A stretch of 64,000 nucleotides of DNA from Alphaproteobacteria bacterium. Lineage in GTDB: Bacteria > Pseudomonadota > Alphaproteobacteria > MPNO01. The notes beneath the pieces were generated by a model. It was not told where the DNA came from. It was given only the letters and a program-made list of their open reading frames with translations, and did no database searches. The position numbers were made by a program, and so were the translations under genes. Of the stretch, positions 16,633 through 25,585 are shown in pieces (within the stretch, counting starts at the first letter, position 1; every line of letters begins with the position of its first letter). The stretch covers positions 384,001 to 448,000 of the forward strand of contig OZ219865.1 in assembly GCA_964291675.2 (NCBI GenBank), given 5' to 3'.

Positions 16633-18609
16633 TCAGACATCGAGCTCGCCCGCGGCATCGGCGCGGTCGCGGATGAAGGCGAGGCGGGTTTCCGGCTTGC
16701 GGCCCATGAGCTGTTCGACGAGCGCGGCGGTCGCCTCGATGCCGGCGCCGGCCTCCCCGTTGGCGATGCCGATCTGGTAGAGCACGCGCCGCGCCGGGTC
16801 CATGGTGGTCTCGCGAAGCTGTCCGGGCGGCATCTCGCCGAGCCCCTTGAAACGGCTCACCTCGATCTTGCCGCGGCCCCGGAAATGCTCGGCGATCAGC
16901 CGGTCGCGGTGGGCGTCGTCCCGGGCGTAGAGCGTCTGCCCGCCCTGGCTCACCCGGTAGAGCGGCGGAACCGCGAGATAGAGATGGTCGTTCTCGATGA
17001 GCTGGCGCATCTCGCGGAAGAAGAAGGTCATCAGCAGCGAGGCAATATGCGCCCCGTCGACATCGGCGTCGGTCATGATGATGACCCGCTGGTAGCGCAG
17101 CCTGGCGTCGTCGTAATCCGCTCCCCGGCCGCAGCCGAGCGCCTGGACGAGGTCGGCGAGATCCTGGTTCTGGCGCAGCTTCTCGGGCGATGCGCTGGCG
17201 ACGTTCAGGATCTTGCCGCGCAGGGGAAGGATCGCCTGGGTCTCCCGGTCGCGCGCCTGCTTGGCGGAGCCGCCCGCCGAATCGCCCTCTACGAGGAAGA
17301 TCTCGGTGCCGTCGGCCGAGGCGCGGCTGCAATCGGTGAGCTTGCCGGGGAGGCGTACCCGCCGCGTCGGGGTCTTGCGCGCGAATTCGCGGTCCTGCTT
17401 GCGCCGCAGCCGGTCTTCCGCGCGTTCCACCACGTGCTCCAGCAGCGCGCTGGCGCTCGCCGGATCGGCGGTCAGGAAGTGGTCGAAATGGTCCTTGACC
17501 GCGGCATCCACCTGGCGCGCGGCCGTGGCGGTCGACAGCCGGTCCTTGGTCTGGCCCTGGAAGACGGGATCGGGGATGAAGACCGAGAGCAGCCCGCAGG
17601 CGGCGCCCAGGATGTCGTCCCCGGCGATCTGCCCGGCGCGCCGGTTGCCGGTCAGCTCGCCATAGGCCTTGAGCCCGCGGACCAGCGCGGCGCGGAGCCC
17701 GTTCTCGTGGGTCCCGCCGTGCGGCGTCGGCACGGTGTTGCAGTAGGAGCGGAAGAACCGCGCCGCGTCCTCGGGCCAGGCGATCGCCCATTCGGCGCGG
17801 CCGCCGCCATTGAGCGCGGCCTCGCCCGCGAACGGGCGATTGCCGACCAGCGGCGCCCCGGCCAGCGAGTCCGCCAGGTCGTCGACGAGCCCGCCCGGAA
17901 AGCACAGCGTCTCCTCGGCCGGGATCGCGGGATGCCCGTCGCCGCGCGGCGCGGCGCAGCGCCAGCGGATCTCGACCCCTTTCGAGAGATACGCCTTCGA
18001 GCGGGCGAGCGCGTACAGCCGGTCGGCGCGGAGCGCCGCCTCCGCGCCGAAGATCTTCGGGTCGGGATGGAACCGCACCGAGGTGCCGCGACGGTTGCGG
18101 GCGCTCCCCTTGTTTTCCAGCGGACCCTTCGCCCGGCCGCGCGCGTAGCTCTGCCGCCAGAGCGACCGGTCGCGGGCGACCTCCACCGTCATCCGGTCGC
18201 TCAGCGCGTTGACCACCGAAATCCCGACGCCGTGCAGCCCGCCGGCGGTCTTGTAGGCCTCGCCGCCGAACTTGCCGCCGGCGTGAAGCGTCGTCATGAC
18301 GACTTCGAGGGCCGACTTGTCGGCGAATTTGGGATGCGGCTCGACCGGGATGCCGCGCCCGTTGTCGCGCACCACGACCGAGCCGTCGGCTTCGAGCGCG
18401 ATCTCGATCCAGCTCGCATGGCCGGCGACCACCTCGTCCATCGCATTGTCGAGCACCTCGGCCGCGAGATGGTGCAGCGCCGCCTCGTCGGTGCCGCCGA
18501 TATACATGCCGGGCCGCCGGCGCACCGGCTCCAGCCCTTCCAGGACCTCGATGTCGCGGGCCGAGTAGCGCTCGGCGCGGGGCGGCGGTTTGACGGCGGT
18601 ACGCGGCAT
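16633..18609 (-). CDS. parE: DNA topoisomerase IV subunit B
   Basis: LEGLEPVRRRPGMYIG, EGDSAGGSAKQARDR, MTDADVDGAHI and RFKGLGEM motifs; 658 aa, no GyrB insert. Confidence 0.93.
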   Translation of the reverse strand: MPRTAVKPPPRAERYSARDIEVLEGLEPVRRRPGMYIGGTDEAALHHLAAEVLDNAMDEVVAGHASWIEIALEADGSVVVRDNGRGIPVEPHPKFADKSALEVVMTTLHAGGKFGGEAYKTAGGLHGVGISVVNALSDRMTVEVARDRSLWRQSYARGRAKGPLENKGSARNRRGTSVRFHPDPKIFGAEAALRADRLYALARSKAYLSKGVEIRWRCAAPRGDGHPAIPAEETLCFPGGLVDDLADSLAGAPLVGNRPFAGEAALNGGGRAEWAIAWPEDAARFFRSYCNTVPTPHGGTHENGLRAALVRGLKAYGELTGNRRAGQIAGDDILGAACGLLSVFIPDPVFQGQTKDRLSTATAARQVDAAVKDHFDHFLTADPASASALLEHVVERAEDRLRRKQDREFARKTPTRRVRLPGKLTDCSRASADGTEIFLVEGDSAGGSAKQARDRETQAILPLRGKILNVASASPEKLRQNQDLADLVQALGCGRGADYDDARLRYQRVIIMTDADVDGAHIASLLMTFFFREMRQLIENDHLYLAVPPLYRVSQGGQTLYARDDAHRDRLIAEHFRGRGKIEVSRFKGLGEMPPGQLRETTMDPARRVLYQIGIANGEAGAGIEATAALVEQLMGRKPETRLAFIRDRADAAGELDV

Positions 18610-18763
18610 CAGGGCACGGGCCGGGGGACCGGGAAGTCGGGTTCGGAAACGCTGGATATGGTATTCAGGTGCGCAAGAATAACAAGACCCTGTGTTGGCG
18701 GGCGCGGATACGCAAGAAACGGGCCGTTCCGCTGACCGGCGCCGTCTGCCGCCGCCTCGATCC

Positions 18764-20173
18764 TCAGACGCTGTAATAGAGCGCGAACTCGATCGGGTGC
18801 GGCGTGTACTCGAAGGCCTGGATCTCCTCCCTTCTCAGGTCGAGATAGCCGTCGATCAGGTCGTCGGTGAACACGTCGCCCTTCTTGAGGAAGGCCCGGT
18901 CGGCGTCCAGCGCGTCGACCGCCTCGCGCAGCGAGTGGCAGACCGTCGGAATGCCCTCGAGCTCCTCGGCCGGCAGGTCGTAGAGGTTCTTGTCCATCGG
19001 GTCGCCCGGATGGATCTTGTTCTCGATGCCGTCGATTCCGGCCATCAGCATCGCCGCGAAGGCGAGATAGGGGTTGGCCGAGGGGTCCGGGAAGCGGACC
19101 TCGACGCGCTTGCCCTTCGGGCTGGAGGAGAACGGGATGCGGCAGGCGGCCGAGCGGTTGCGCGCCGAGTAGGCGAGCAGGACCGGCGCCTCGAAACCCG
19201 GCACCAGGCGCTTGTAGCTGTTGGTAGTGGGGTTGGAGAAGGCGTTGATCGCCTTGGCGTGCTGGATGATGCCGCCGATATAGTAGAGCGCGTTCTCCGA
19301 CAGGTCGGCATAGCTGGAGCCGGCGAAGACCGGCCGGTCGTCCTTCCAGATCGACTGGTGGACATGCATGCCGGACCCGTTGTCGTCGACGATGGGCTTG
19401 GGCATGAAGGTCGCCGTCTTGCCATAGGAGTGGGCGACGCTCTGGACGACGTATTTGTAGATCTGCACCTGGTCGGCGATGGACAGCAGATCGGCGCCGG
19501 CGATGCCGAGCTCGTTCTGGCTCGGCGCCACCTCGTGGTGGTGCTTCTCGATGTCGACGCCCATCTCGCCCATCACGCTGAGCATCTCGGCGCGCAAATC
19601 GCTCAGCGAATCGACCGGCGGGACCGGGAAATAGCCGCCCTTGATTGCCGGCCGGTGCCCGATATTGCCGCCCTCGAAGCTGCGCGCGGTGTTGTAGGGG
19701 CCCTCCTCTTCGTCGATCGCATAGAAGGTGCTGTTCATCGACACCTCGAAGCGCACGTCGTCGAACACGAAAAACTCGAGCTCGGGCCCGAACATCGCCC
19801 GGTCGCCGATCCCGGACTGCCGGAGATAGGCCTCGGCGCGCTTGGCGGTCGAGCGCGGGTCGCGGGTATAGGGCTGGCCGGTGGTGGGCTCGAGCACGTC
19901 GCAGAACACGATCAGCGAGGTCTGCGCCGAGAACGGGTCGAGCACGGCGCTGTCCGGGTCCGGCATGAGGCACATGTCGGACTCGGAGATGTCCTTCCAG
20001 CCGGCGATGGACGAGCCGTCGAACATGATGCCCGACGCCAGCATGTCCTCGTCGAAGGTCTTCACCGCCTGCGCGGTGTGCTGCCACTTGCCGCGCGGGT
20101 CGGTGAAGCGGAAGTCGACGTATTTGACGTCATGCTCCCCGATGAGGTCGAGGATATTGGGGGCGTCTGACAT
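18764..20173 (-). CDS. glnA: Glutamine synthetase type I
   Basis: FDGSSI, HHHEVA, NGSGMH and adenylylation site NLYDLP. Confidence 0.98.
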   Translation of the reverse strand: MSDAPNILDLIGEHDVKYVDFRFTDPRGKWQHTAQAVKTFDEDMLASGIMFDGSSIAGWKDISESDMCLMPDPDSAVLDPFSAQTSLIVFCDVLEPTTGQPYTRDPRSTAKRAEAYLRQSGIGDRAMFGPELEFFVFDDVRFEVSMNSTFYAIDEEEGPYNTARSFEGGNIGHRPAIKGGYFPVPPVDSLSDLRAEMLSVMGEMGVDIEKHHHEVAPSQNELGIAGADLLSIADQVQIYKYVVQSVAHSYGKTATFMPKPIVDDNGSGMHVHQSIWKDDRPVFAGSSYADLSENALYYIGGIIQHAKAINAFSNPTTNSYKRLVPGFEAPVLLAYSARNRSAACRIPFSSSPKGKRVEVRFPDPSANPYLAFAAMLMAGIDGIENKIHPGDPMDKNLYDLPAEELEGIPTVCHSLREAVDALDADRAFLKKGDVFTDDLIDGYLDLRREEIQAFEYTPHPIEFALYYSV

Positions 20174-20223
20174 GGTTCGGTTCCTTCGGAGGATTGCGGT
20201 CTTTGGGACGGCGTCCGTCGCGG

Positions 20224-20658
<435 letters not shown>

Positions 20659-20662
20659 TCAG

Positions 20663-20731
20663 CGTATAGTGCTCGAATAGTGGTGAAACAAGTTCGTAAT
20701 TTAGCGCACTGCGCTGCGTTTTTCTCAGCGC
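20663..20731 (-). promoter_or_regulatory. glnB promoter region: sigma70-like promoter with overlapping NtrC-like boxes
   Basis: Minus strand TTGTTT-N17-TATACG; imperfect TGCAC-N7-GTGCA-like sites near 20670-20687 and 20692-20709. Confidence 0.4.
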
Positions 20732-20750
20732 TTCAGGAGACCGGCGCGCC

Positions 20751-21248
20751 TTACAGCAGCGGCACCTCGTAGAGCAGCGCCTCGCCGTTTTGCGTGTCGC
20801 GCACGGTCGCGAACATGCTGCGGGCGAGCCGCGCCCGGTCGGCCGGGTCCAGCCGGTCGGTCACCTCGCCGACGATCGCGTGCATCGCGGCCTGGACGTC
20901 GCGCGTGGTCTCGCGCAGCCCCGCCAACGCGCGCCGCAGCCGGTCGGGATCGTGCGGCTCCGCGCCCAGCGCGGTGACGACCCCGGCGCGGGCGCGGGCC
21001 AGCGCCTCCACCCTGCGCGAGACGTCGTCGCGGCGCGCATCCAGCGCGGTTGCGATGCCGAGGCGGGTTTCTCCGGGCAGGTCGCGGACGAACTCGGCAA
21101 AGCTGTACTCGGCCTCCTGGGCCGGCCGCGCAGCCCCGTCGGCGCCGAGCCAGAGCCCGGCGATCGCGCCGGCGAGGAACAGGTTGAACGCGATCGAGAG
21201 CGCCAGCGCATGCCGGCGCGAGGGGAGGATGGATCGCAGGTCGGTCAT
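20751..21248 (-). CDS. Periplasmic heavy-metal-sensor-like protein (CnrX/ZraP-like)
   Basis: LSIAFNLFLAGAIAG anchor followed by a helical domain ending LDPADRARLA. Confidence 0.75.
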   Translation of the reverse strand: MTDLRSILPSRRHALALSIAFNLFLAGAIAGLWLGADGAARPAQEAEYSFAEFVRDLPGETRLGIATALDARRDDVSRRVEALARARAGVVTALGAEPHDPDRLRRALAGLRETTRDVQAAMHAIVGEVTDRLDPADRARLARSMFATVRDTQNGEALLYEVPLL

Positions 21249-21249
21249 G

Positions 21250-21732
21250 TCATTCGAGCTCCAGCAGGTCGACCACCGCGATCGACGGCGCCTCGCCGGC
21301 GATCAGCGACGCCTCGACCAGACCCAGGCCGGAATCGCCGGTCCCGGACGGCGCGAGCGACAGCCCGAGCCAAAGCCCCGCGGCGGCGGCCATGGCGAAG
21401 ACCGCCCCGCGGCCGAGCGCCGCCGCGAGCGCGGCGAAGAAGGGCGCGGCGGGCGCATCGTCCGCCCGGAGCGCCGCGATCCGTGCGGCGAGCGCCGCCG
21501 GAGGGGGGGGAGGGGGGTCGAGCCGGGCCAGCGCCGCGTCCAGCTCATGCGCGTCGGCGAGCAGGGCGCGGGCGTCGGCCGAACGGCCGGCCAGCGCCAG
21601 CGCGGCGAAGCGCTCGGCATCGGGCCAGCGGTCGAGATCCGCGCCATAGGCGGCGGCGAGCTCGGCGAACCGGGCCAACGCCATGCCAGCCCCCGTTCCC
21701 GGGCGGTCGGAATTCCCGTTTTCCGTTGTCAT
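21250..21732 (-). CDS. Putative membrane anti-sigma factor
   Basis: RFAELAAAYGADLDRWP N-terminus and a single TM (AAAAGLWLG); directly after the ECF sigma gene. Confidence 0.7.
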   Translation of the reverse strand: MTTENGNSDRPGTGAGMALARFAELAAAYGADLDRWPDAERFAALALAGRSADARALLADAHELDAALARLDPPPPPPAALAARIAALRADDAPAAPFFAALAAALGRGAVFAMAAAAGLWLGLSLAPSGTGDSGLGLVEASLIAGEAPSIAVVDLLELE

Positions 21733-22316
21733 AAAACAGGTTCCAGAAGGTTTTTAACATCGGGCGCAAGTATTTTTCGGAGCCGTCTCCGGGCCCGCGC
21801 CAGCAACGATTCGAGCGCTTCTTCGCTGGCGCCGAGAGCTTCGGCCGCCTCGCGGCCGCTCAGCCCGTGGAAGTGGACCAGCACCAGGGCGACGCGCTGG
21901 CGCTCGGGCAGGTCGCGCAGCGCGCGGTGCACCGCGCGCCGGATCGCCAGGTCGTCGTCGACGCCGGCGCAATCGGGGGAAGCGAGATCTTCGGCCTCGT
22001 CCGGCATCGGGACGAGCCGCGCGCGTGCCCGGCGGCGGTCGATGCAGAGGTTGGTGGCGACCCGCAGCAGCCAGGACCGCAGCGCCGCTCCGTCGGGCTG
22101 CCAGGCGGGCGCCTTGCGGAGCAATCTGACGAAGGTCTCCTGGGCGACGTCCTCCGCGTCGGCGCGATCGCCGAGGATGCGCCAGGCGCAGGCGAAGACC
22201 GATGCCAGATGGCGCTCCGACAGCGCACGCATCGCATCGCCGCTGCCGCCCGCGAGCCGAAGGACGAGGGCGTCGTCCGTTTCGGCCGCTTGCGGCTGCC
22301 GGGGCGCGGGCGGCAT
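21729..22316 (-). CDS. ECF-type RNA polymerase sigma factor
   Basis: DAEDVAQETF and WLLRVATNLCIDRRR (region 2); LPERQRVAL..EAAEAL..SLLARARRRL (region 4). Confidence 0.93.
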   Translation of the reverse strand: MPPAPRQPQAAETDDALVLRLAGGSGDAMRALSERHLASVFACAWRILGDRADAEDVAQETFVRLLRKAPAWQPDGAALRSWLLRVATNLCIDRRRARARLVPMPDEAEDLASPDCAGVDDDLAIRRAVHRALRDLPERQRVALVLVHFHGLSGREAAEALGASEEALESLLARARRRLRKILAPDVKNLLEPVL

Positions 22317-22325
22317 GCGGCGGCG

Positions 22326-22832
22326 CTATTTCCGCTTCGCGCCGTGCCGCCAGCCGCGATGCCAGCGCCGCTGGGGCAATTCCCCGGCGGCGATCGCGCC
22401 GTCTCCATCGGCGTCGTAGCGCTTGAACCAGCGCGCCGAAGGCGCGGCGATCTCGGCCGCGGTGACCTTCCGGTCGCCGTCGCTGTCCAGCATGTCGAAC
22501 AGGCTGGTGGCGCCGACGCTGCGTATCAGCCGGCCGCGGCGGCGGAACTCGTCGACCGACAGCGTGCCGTCGCCGTCGAGATCGGCTGCGGCGACCAGGC
22601 GCTGCTGCTCGGCGCCGATCTCGGCGAGCGACACGGTGCCGCTGCCGTCGGTATCGAAGATGCGGAGGAACCGGGTCGCGCGGCGGTTCGCCGTCGGTTT
22701 CTCCTGCGCGCCGGCGCGGCTCGCCTCCTGTCCGGCATCGCCGCCGGACGATTGCGCCAGCGCGCCATTCGCGCCGAGGGCGAGCAGGGCGGCCAGTGCG
22801 GCTGCGCCCAGGGTCTTTGTCGGATCGGTCAT
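22326..22832 (-). CDS. Secreted EF-hand domain protein
   Basis: Signal peptide (ALA-Q); four loops DTDGSGTVSLAE, DLDGDGTLSVDE, DSDGDRKVTAAE, DADGDGAIAAGE. Confidence 0.85.
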   Translation of the reverse strand: MTDPTKTLGAAALAALLALGANGALAQSSGGDAGQEASRAGAQEKPTANRRATRFLRIFDTDGSGTVSLAEIGAEQQRLVAAADLDGDGTLSVDEFRRRGRLIRSVGATSLFDMLDSDGDRKVTAAEIAAPSARWFKRYDADGDGAIAAGELPQRRWHRGWRHGAKRK

Positions 22833-22959
22833 TTCAGGTCTCTCCAAAGGGTCGGATACCCGTAGTCACGGCGCAGGCGGCGAAAACCCGTTGCGGCGAT
22901 TTTGCCCATCGACCGCGTTCATGCTAGACGACGCGCGCGCCGCAAGCGGGAGGGTTTCG

Positions 22960-24126
22960 GTGAAGCCGGCCAACAGCGTCCTCTCGGGTTACGGGACGAC
23001 GATCTTCGAGGTCATGTCGCGCCTCGCCCAGGAACACGATTCGGTCAATCTGGGCCAGGGCTTCCCGGACGGCAACGGACCGGCGGACGTGGTCGCCGCG
23101 GCGACCGACTATCTGGAGAACGGCGTCAACCAGTACCCGTCGATGATGGGCATCCCGCCGCTGCGCGAGGCGGTCGCGGCGCACGCGAAGCGGTTCTACG
23201 GCCTCGACGTGGACTGGCCGCGCGAGGTGCTGATCACATCGGGCGGGACCGAGGCGCTGGGCGCGGCGCTGTTCGGGCTGATCGAGCCGGGCGACGAGGC
23301 GGTGCTGATCGAGCCGCTCTACGATTCCTACCTGCCGATCGTGCGGCGCGCCGGCGCGATTCCGCGAACGGTGCGGCTGGAGCCGCCCGGCTGGACCCTG
23401 CCGGTCGACGAGCTGCGCGCCGCGTTCTCGGACAAGACCAAGCTGATCCTGTTCAACACGCCGATGAACCCATGCGCCAAGGTGTTCGACCGCGACGAGC
23501 TCGAGCTGATCGCCGGGCTCTGCATCCGGCACGACGCCTATGCCGTCTGCGACGAGGTCTACGAGCACCTCGCCTTCGACGGCCGGCCGCATATCCCGAT
23601 GATCGCGCTGCCCGGCATGCGGGAACGGGCGGTGCGGATCGCCTCGGCGGGCAAGATATTCTCGCTCACCGGCTGGAAGGTCGGCATGGTCACCGCGGCG
23701 CCCGATTTGCTGACCCCGATCGCCAAGGCGCATCAGTTCCTCACCTTCACCACCCCGCCCAACTTGCAGAGCGCGGTCGCCTACGGGCTCAACAAGGACG
23801 ATTCCTATTTTGCCGGGCTCAACGCCGACATGCAGGCCAGGCGGGATTTGCTGGCCGCCGGGCTCGCCGATATCGGCTTCGGCATCGTGCCCTGCGCGGG
23901 GACCTATTTCCTGACCACCGATTTCCGCCCGCTCGGCTTCAATGGCGACGATGTCGATTTCTGCCGCCACATCACCGTCGAGGCGGGAGTCACGGCGGTG
24001 CCGGTCAGCGCGTTCTACGAGAGCGGCCAGGTGCGGCATTTCGCCCGCTTCGCCTTCTGCAAGGAGGCGGCCGCTCTGGATGAGGCGATCGCGCGGCTCG
24101 GCCGCCATTTCGCCGCCGGGGCTTGA
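22960..24126 (+). CDS. PLP-dependent aminotransferase class I/II (YbdL-like)
   Basis: TIFEVMS, NLGQGFPD, DEVYEH and SAGKIFSLTGWKVG motifs; GTG start. Confidence 0.92.
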   Translation: MKPANSVLSGYGTTIFEVMSRLAQEHDSVNLGQGFPDGNGPADVVAAATDYLENGVNQYPSMMGIPPLREAVAAHAKRFYGLDVDWPREVLITSGGTEALGAALFGLIEPGDEAVLIEPLYDSYLPIVRRAGAIPRTVRLEPPGWTLPVDELRAAFSDKTKLILFNTPMNPCAKVFDRDELELIAGLCIRHDAYAVCDEVYEHLAFDGRPHIPMIALPGMRERAVRIASAGKIFSLTGWKVGMVTAAPDLLTPIAKAHQFLTFTTPPNLQSAVAYGLNKDDSYFAGLNADMQARRDLLAAGLADIGFGIVPCAGTYFLTTDFRPLGFNGDDVDFCRHITVEAGVTAVPVSAFYESGQVRHFARFAFCKEAAALDEAIARLGRHFAAGA

Positions 24127-24161
24127 CGGGCGCGCGAATCGGGGGCTAGAGACCCCCCGGC

Positions 24162-24239
24162 GGTGGCTGTAGCTCAGCCGGTTAGAGCGCCTGGTTGTGG
24201 TCCAGGAGGTCGGGGGTTCGAATCCCCTCAGCCACCCCA
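24162..24239 (+). tRNA. tRNA-His(GUG), with encoded G-1 and CCA
   Basis: Acceptor GTGGCTG/CAGCCAC, anticodon arm CCTGG-ttGTGgt-CCAGG, GGTTCGAATCC T-loop, C73 then CCA. Confidence 0.97.
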
Positions 24240-24309
24240 GCGCCGCCCGGTCTCGACACGGTTCCGGGAACGCGCGACAATCCGCCCGCTCAGCGCAGCC
24301 GAGGCGCCG

Positions 24310-24474
24310 ATGGGGAGTGAGAACGACAACGGGCGTAAGGGCAACGGGCGCGACCCCGACGACGAAGAACGCAAGGAACAGCCCTGGCCCGACGACAGCG
24401 TGCCGCGGCCGCCGGGTCAGCCGCCGATCGACGAGCCCCCGGCGGACCGGCCCGACCCCGGCGCGCCGGCCTGA
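24310..24474 (+). CDS. Small Pro/acidic-rich hypothetical protein (54 aa)
   Basis: GAGG RBS before ATG; low-complexity sequence; fills the gap after the tRNA. Confidence 0.4.
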   Translation: MGSENDNGRKGNGRDPDDEERKEQPWPDDSVPRPPGQPPIDEPPADRPDPGAPA

Positions 24475-24539
24475 CCGGCCGGTCCGGGGCGCCGGGATCG
24501 GGACGCGCCGGGCGATTGGGGAGGCGGGGCGGAGGCGAG

Positions 24540-24836
24540 GTGCGCGGCTGTCACGACATAGGCGGCATGATCGCCGGTCCGCTCGACCGGCGCGAGACGG
24601 AGACGCCGGGCTGGGCGCGGCTCGCCGAGGCGCTGCGCGCGCTGGTCGATTCGCGCTACTGCCTGCACGAGCAGCGGCGCCGCATCGAGGCGTTGGGCCC
24701 GGAGACCTACGCGAAACTCGGCTACCACGAGCTCCGCATCGTCGCCCTGGCGGAGGCGCTCGCGGAGAAGGACATCGTCGGCGCGGACGAGCTCGCCCGG
24801 CGCATGGCGGCGCTCGGGCGCCGCGCCACGGAATAG
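24540..24836 (+). CDS. Nitrile hydratase beta N-terminal / thiocyanate hydrolase beta-like protein
   Basis: (M)RGCHDIGG, HEQRRRIEALG..Y..LGYHE and L.EK.IV..DEL match NHase beta N-terminal half; GGAGG RBS. Confidence 0.75.
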   Translation: MRGCHDIGGMIAGPLDRRETETPGWARLAEALRALVDSRYCLHEQRRRIEALGPETYAKLGYHELRIVALAEALAEKDIVGADELARRMAALGRRATE

Positions 24837-24846
24837 GAGGCGCCCC

Positions 24847-25542
24847 ATGGCCCGCGATTTCGAAGACCATTGCTGGAAGGACGTGATCCCGCCGGACGTG
24901 CTGGAGATCTACGCCGCCTACCGGCGCGAGGTCTATGTCGGGCGGAGACCGGCGCTGCTCGCGGTCGACCTCTACAACCTGGTCTATCGCGGCGGGGCGC
25001 GGCCGGTCGGCGAGCTGATCGACCGCTACCCGAGCGCCTGCGGCGTCTTCGCCCACGACGCCATCGAGCCCACGAGAAAGCTGTTCGCCGCCGCCCGCTC
25101 GCTCGGCCTGCCGGCGATCTACACCACCGCCGCCAGCAAGCGCGGCAGCGTCACCGCCACCAACCGGCAGGTCGGCACCGGATCGGGCGACGATTACGAG
25201 ATCTACGAGGCGTTCGCGCCGCGTCCCGGCGATCTGCTGATCGAGAAGGAGCGCGCCAGCGCCTTCTACGGCACGCCGCTGGTCGCCCACCTCACCCGGC
25301 TCGGGGTCGACAGCCTGCTGATCTGCGGCGATTCGACCTCGGGATGCGTGCGGGCGTCCACGGTCGACGCCTATTCGAACGGGTACCACGCGACCGTGGT
25401 CGAGGAGTGCGTGTTCGACCGTGCCGAGCTGATCCACAAGATCGCCCTGTTCGACCTGCACCACAAATACGCCGACGTGATGACCCTCGACGAGGTGCTG
25501 GAGGCGCTCGCCGGGCGCGAGCGGGATGAGGCGGCGGCCTGA
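24847..25542 (+). CDS. Isochorismatase-family cysteine hydrolase (N-carbamoylsarcosine/maleamate amidase-like)
   Basis: Catalytic triad motifs VD, EKERASAFYGT and STSGCVRASTVDA; AGGAGG RBS. Confidence 0.9.
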   Translation: MARDFEDHCWKDVIPPDVLEIYAAYRREVYVGRRPALLAVDLYNLVYRGGARPVGELIDRYPSACGVFAHDAIEPTRKLFAAARSLGLPAIYTTAASKRGSVTATNRQVGTGSGDDYEIYEAFAPRPGDLLIEKERASAFYGTPLVAHLTRLGVDSLLICGDSTSGCVRASTVDAYSNGYHATVVEECVFDRAELIHKIALFDLHHKYADVMTLDEVLEALAGRERDEAAA

Positions 25543-25585
25543 ACGCCGCCCGCGAAGCCGCCGCGAGCCACACCCGGTCGGGTCG

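Noticed and set aside
22326-22832. Lanmodulin call for the EF-hand protein
   Set aside because: Loops lack the position-2 proline, and no methylotrophy or lanthanide uptake genes are nearby
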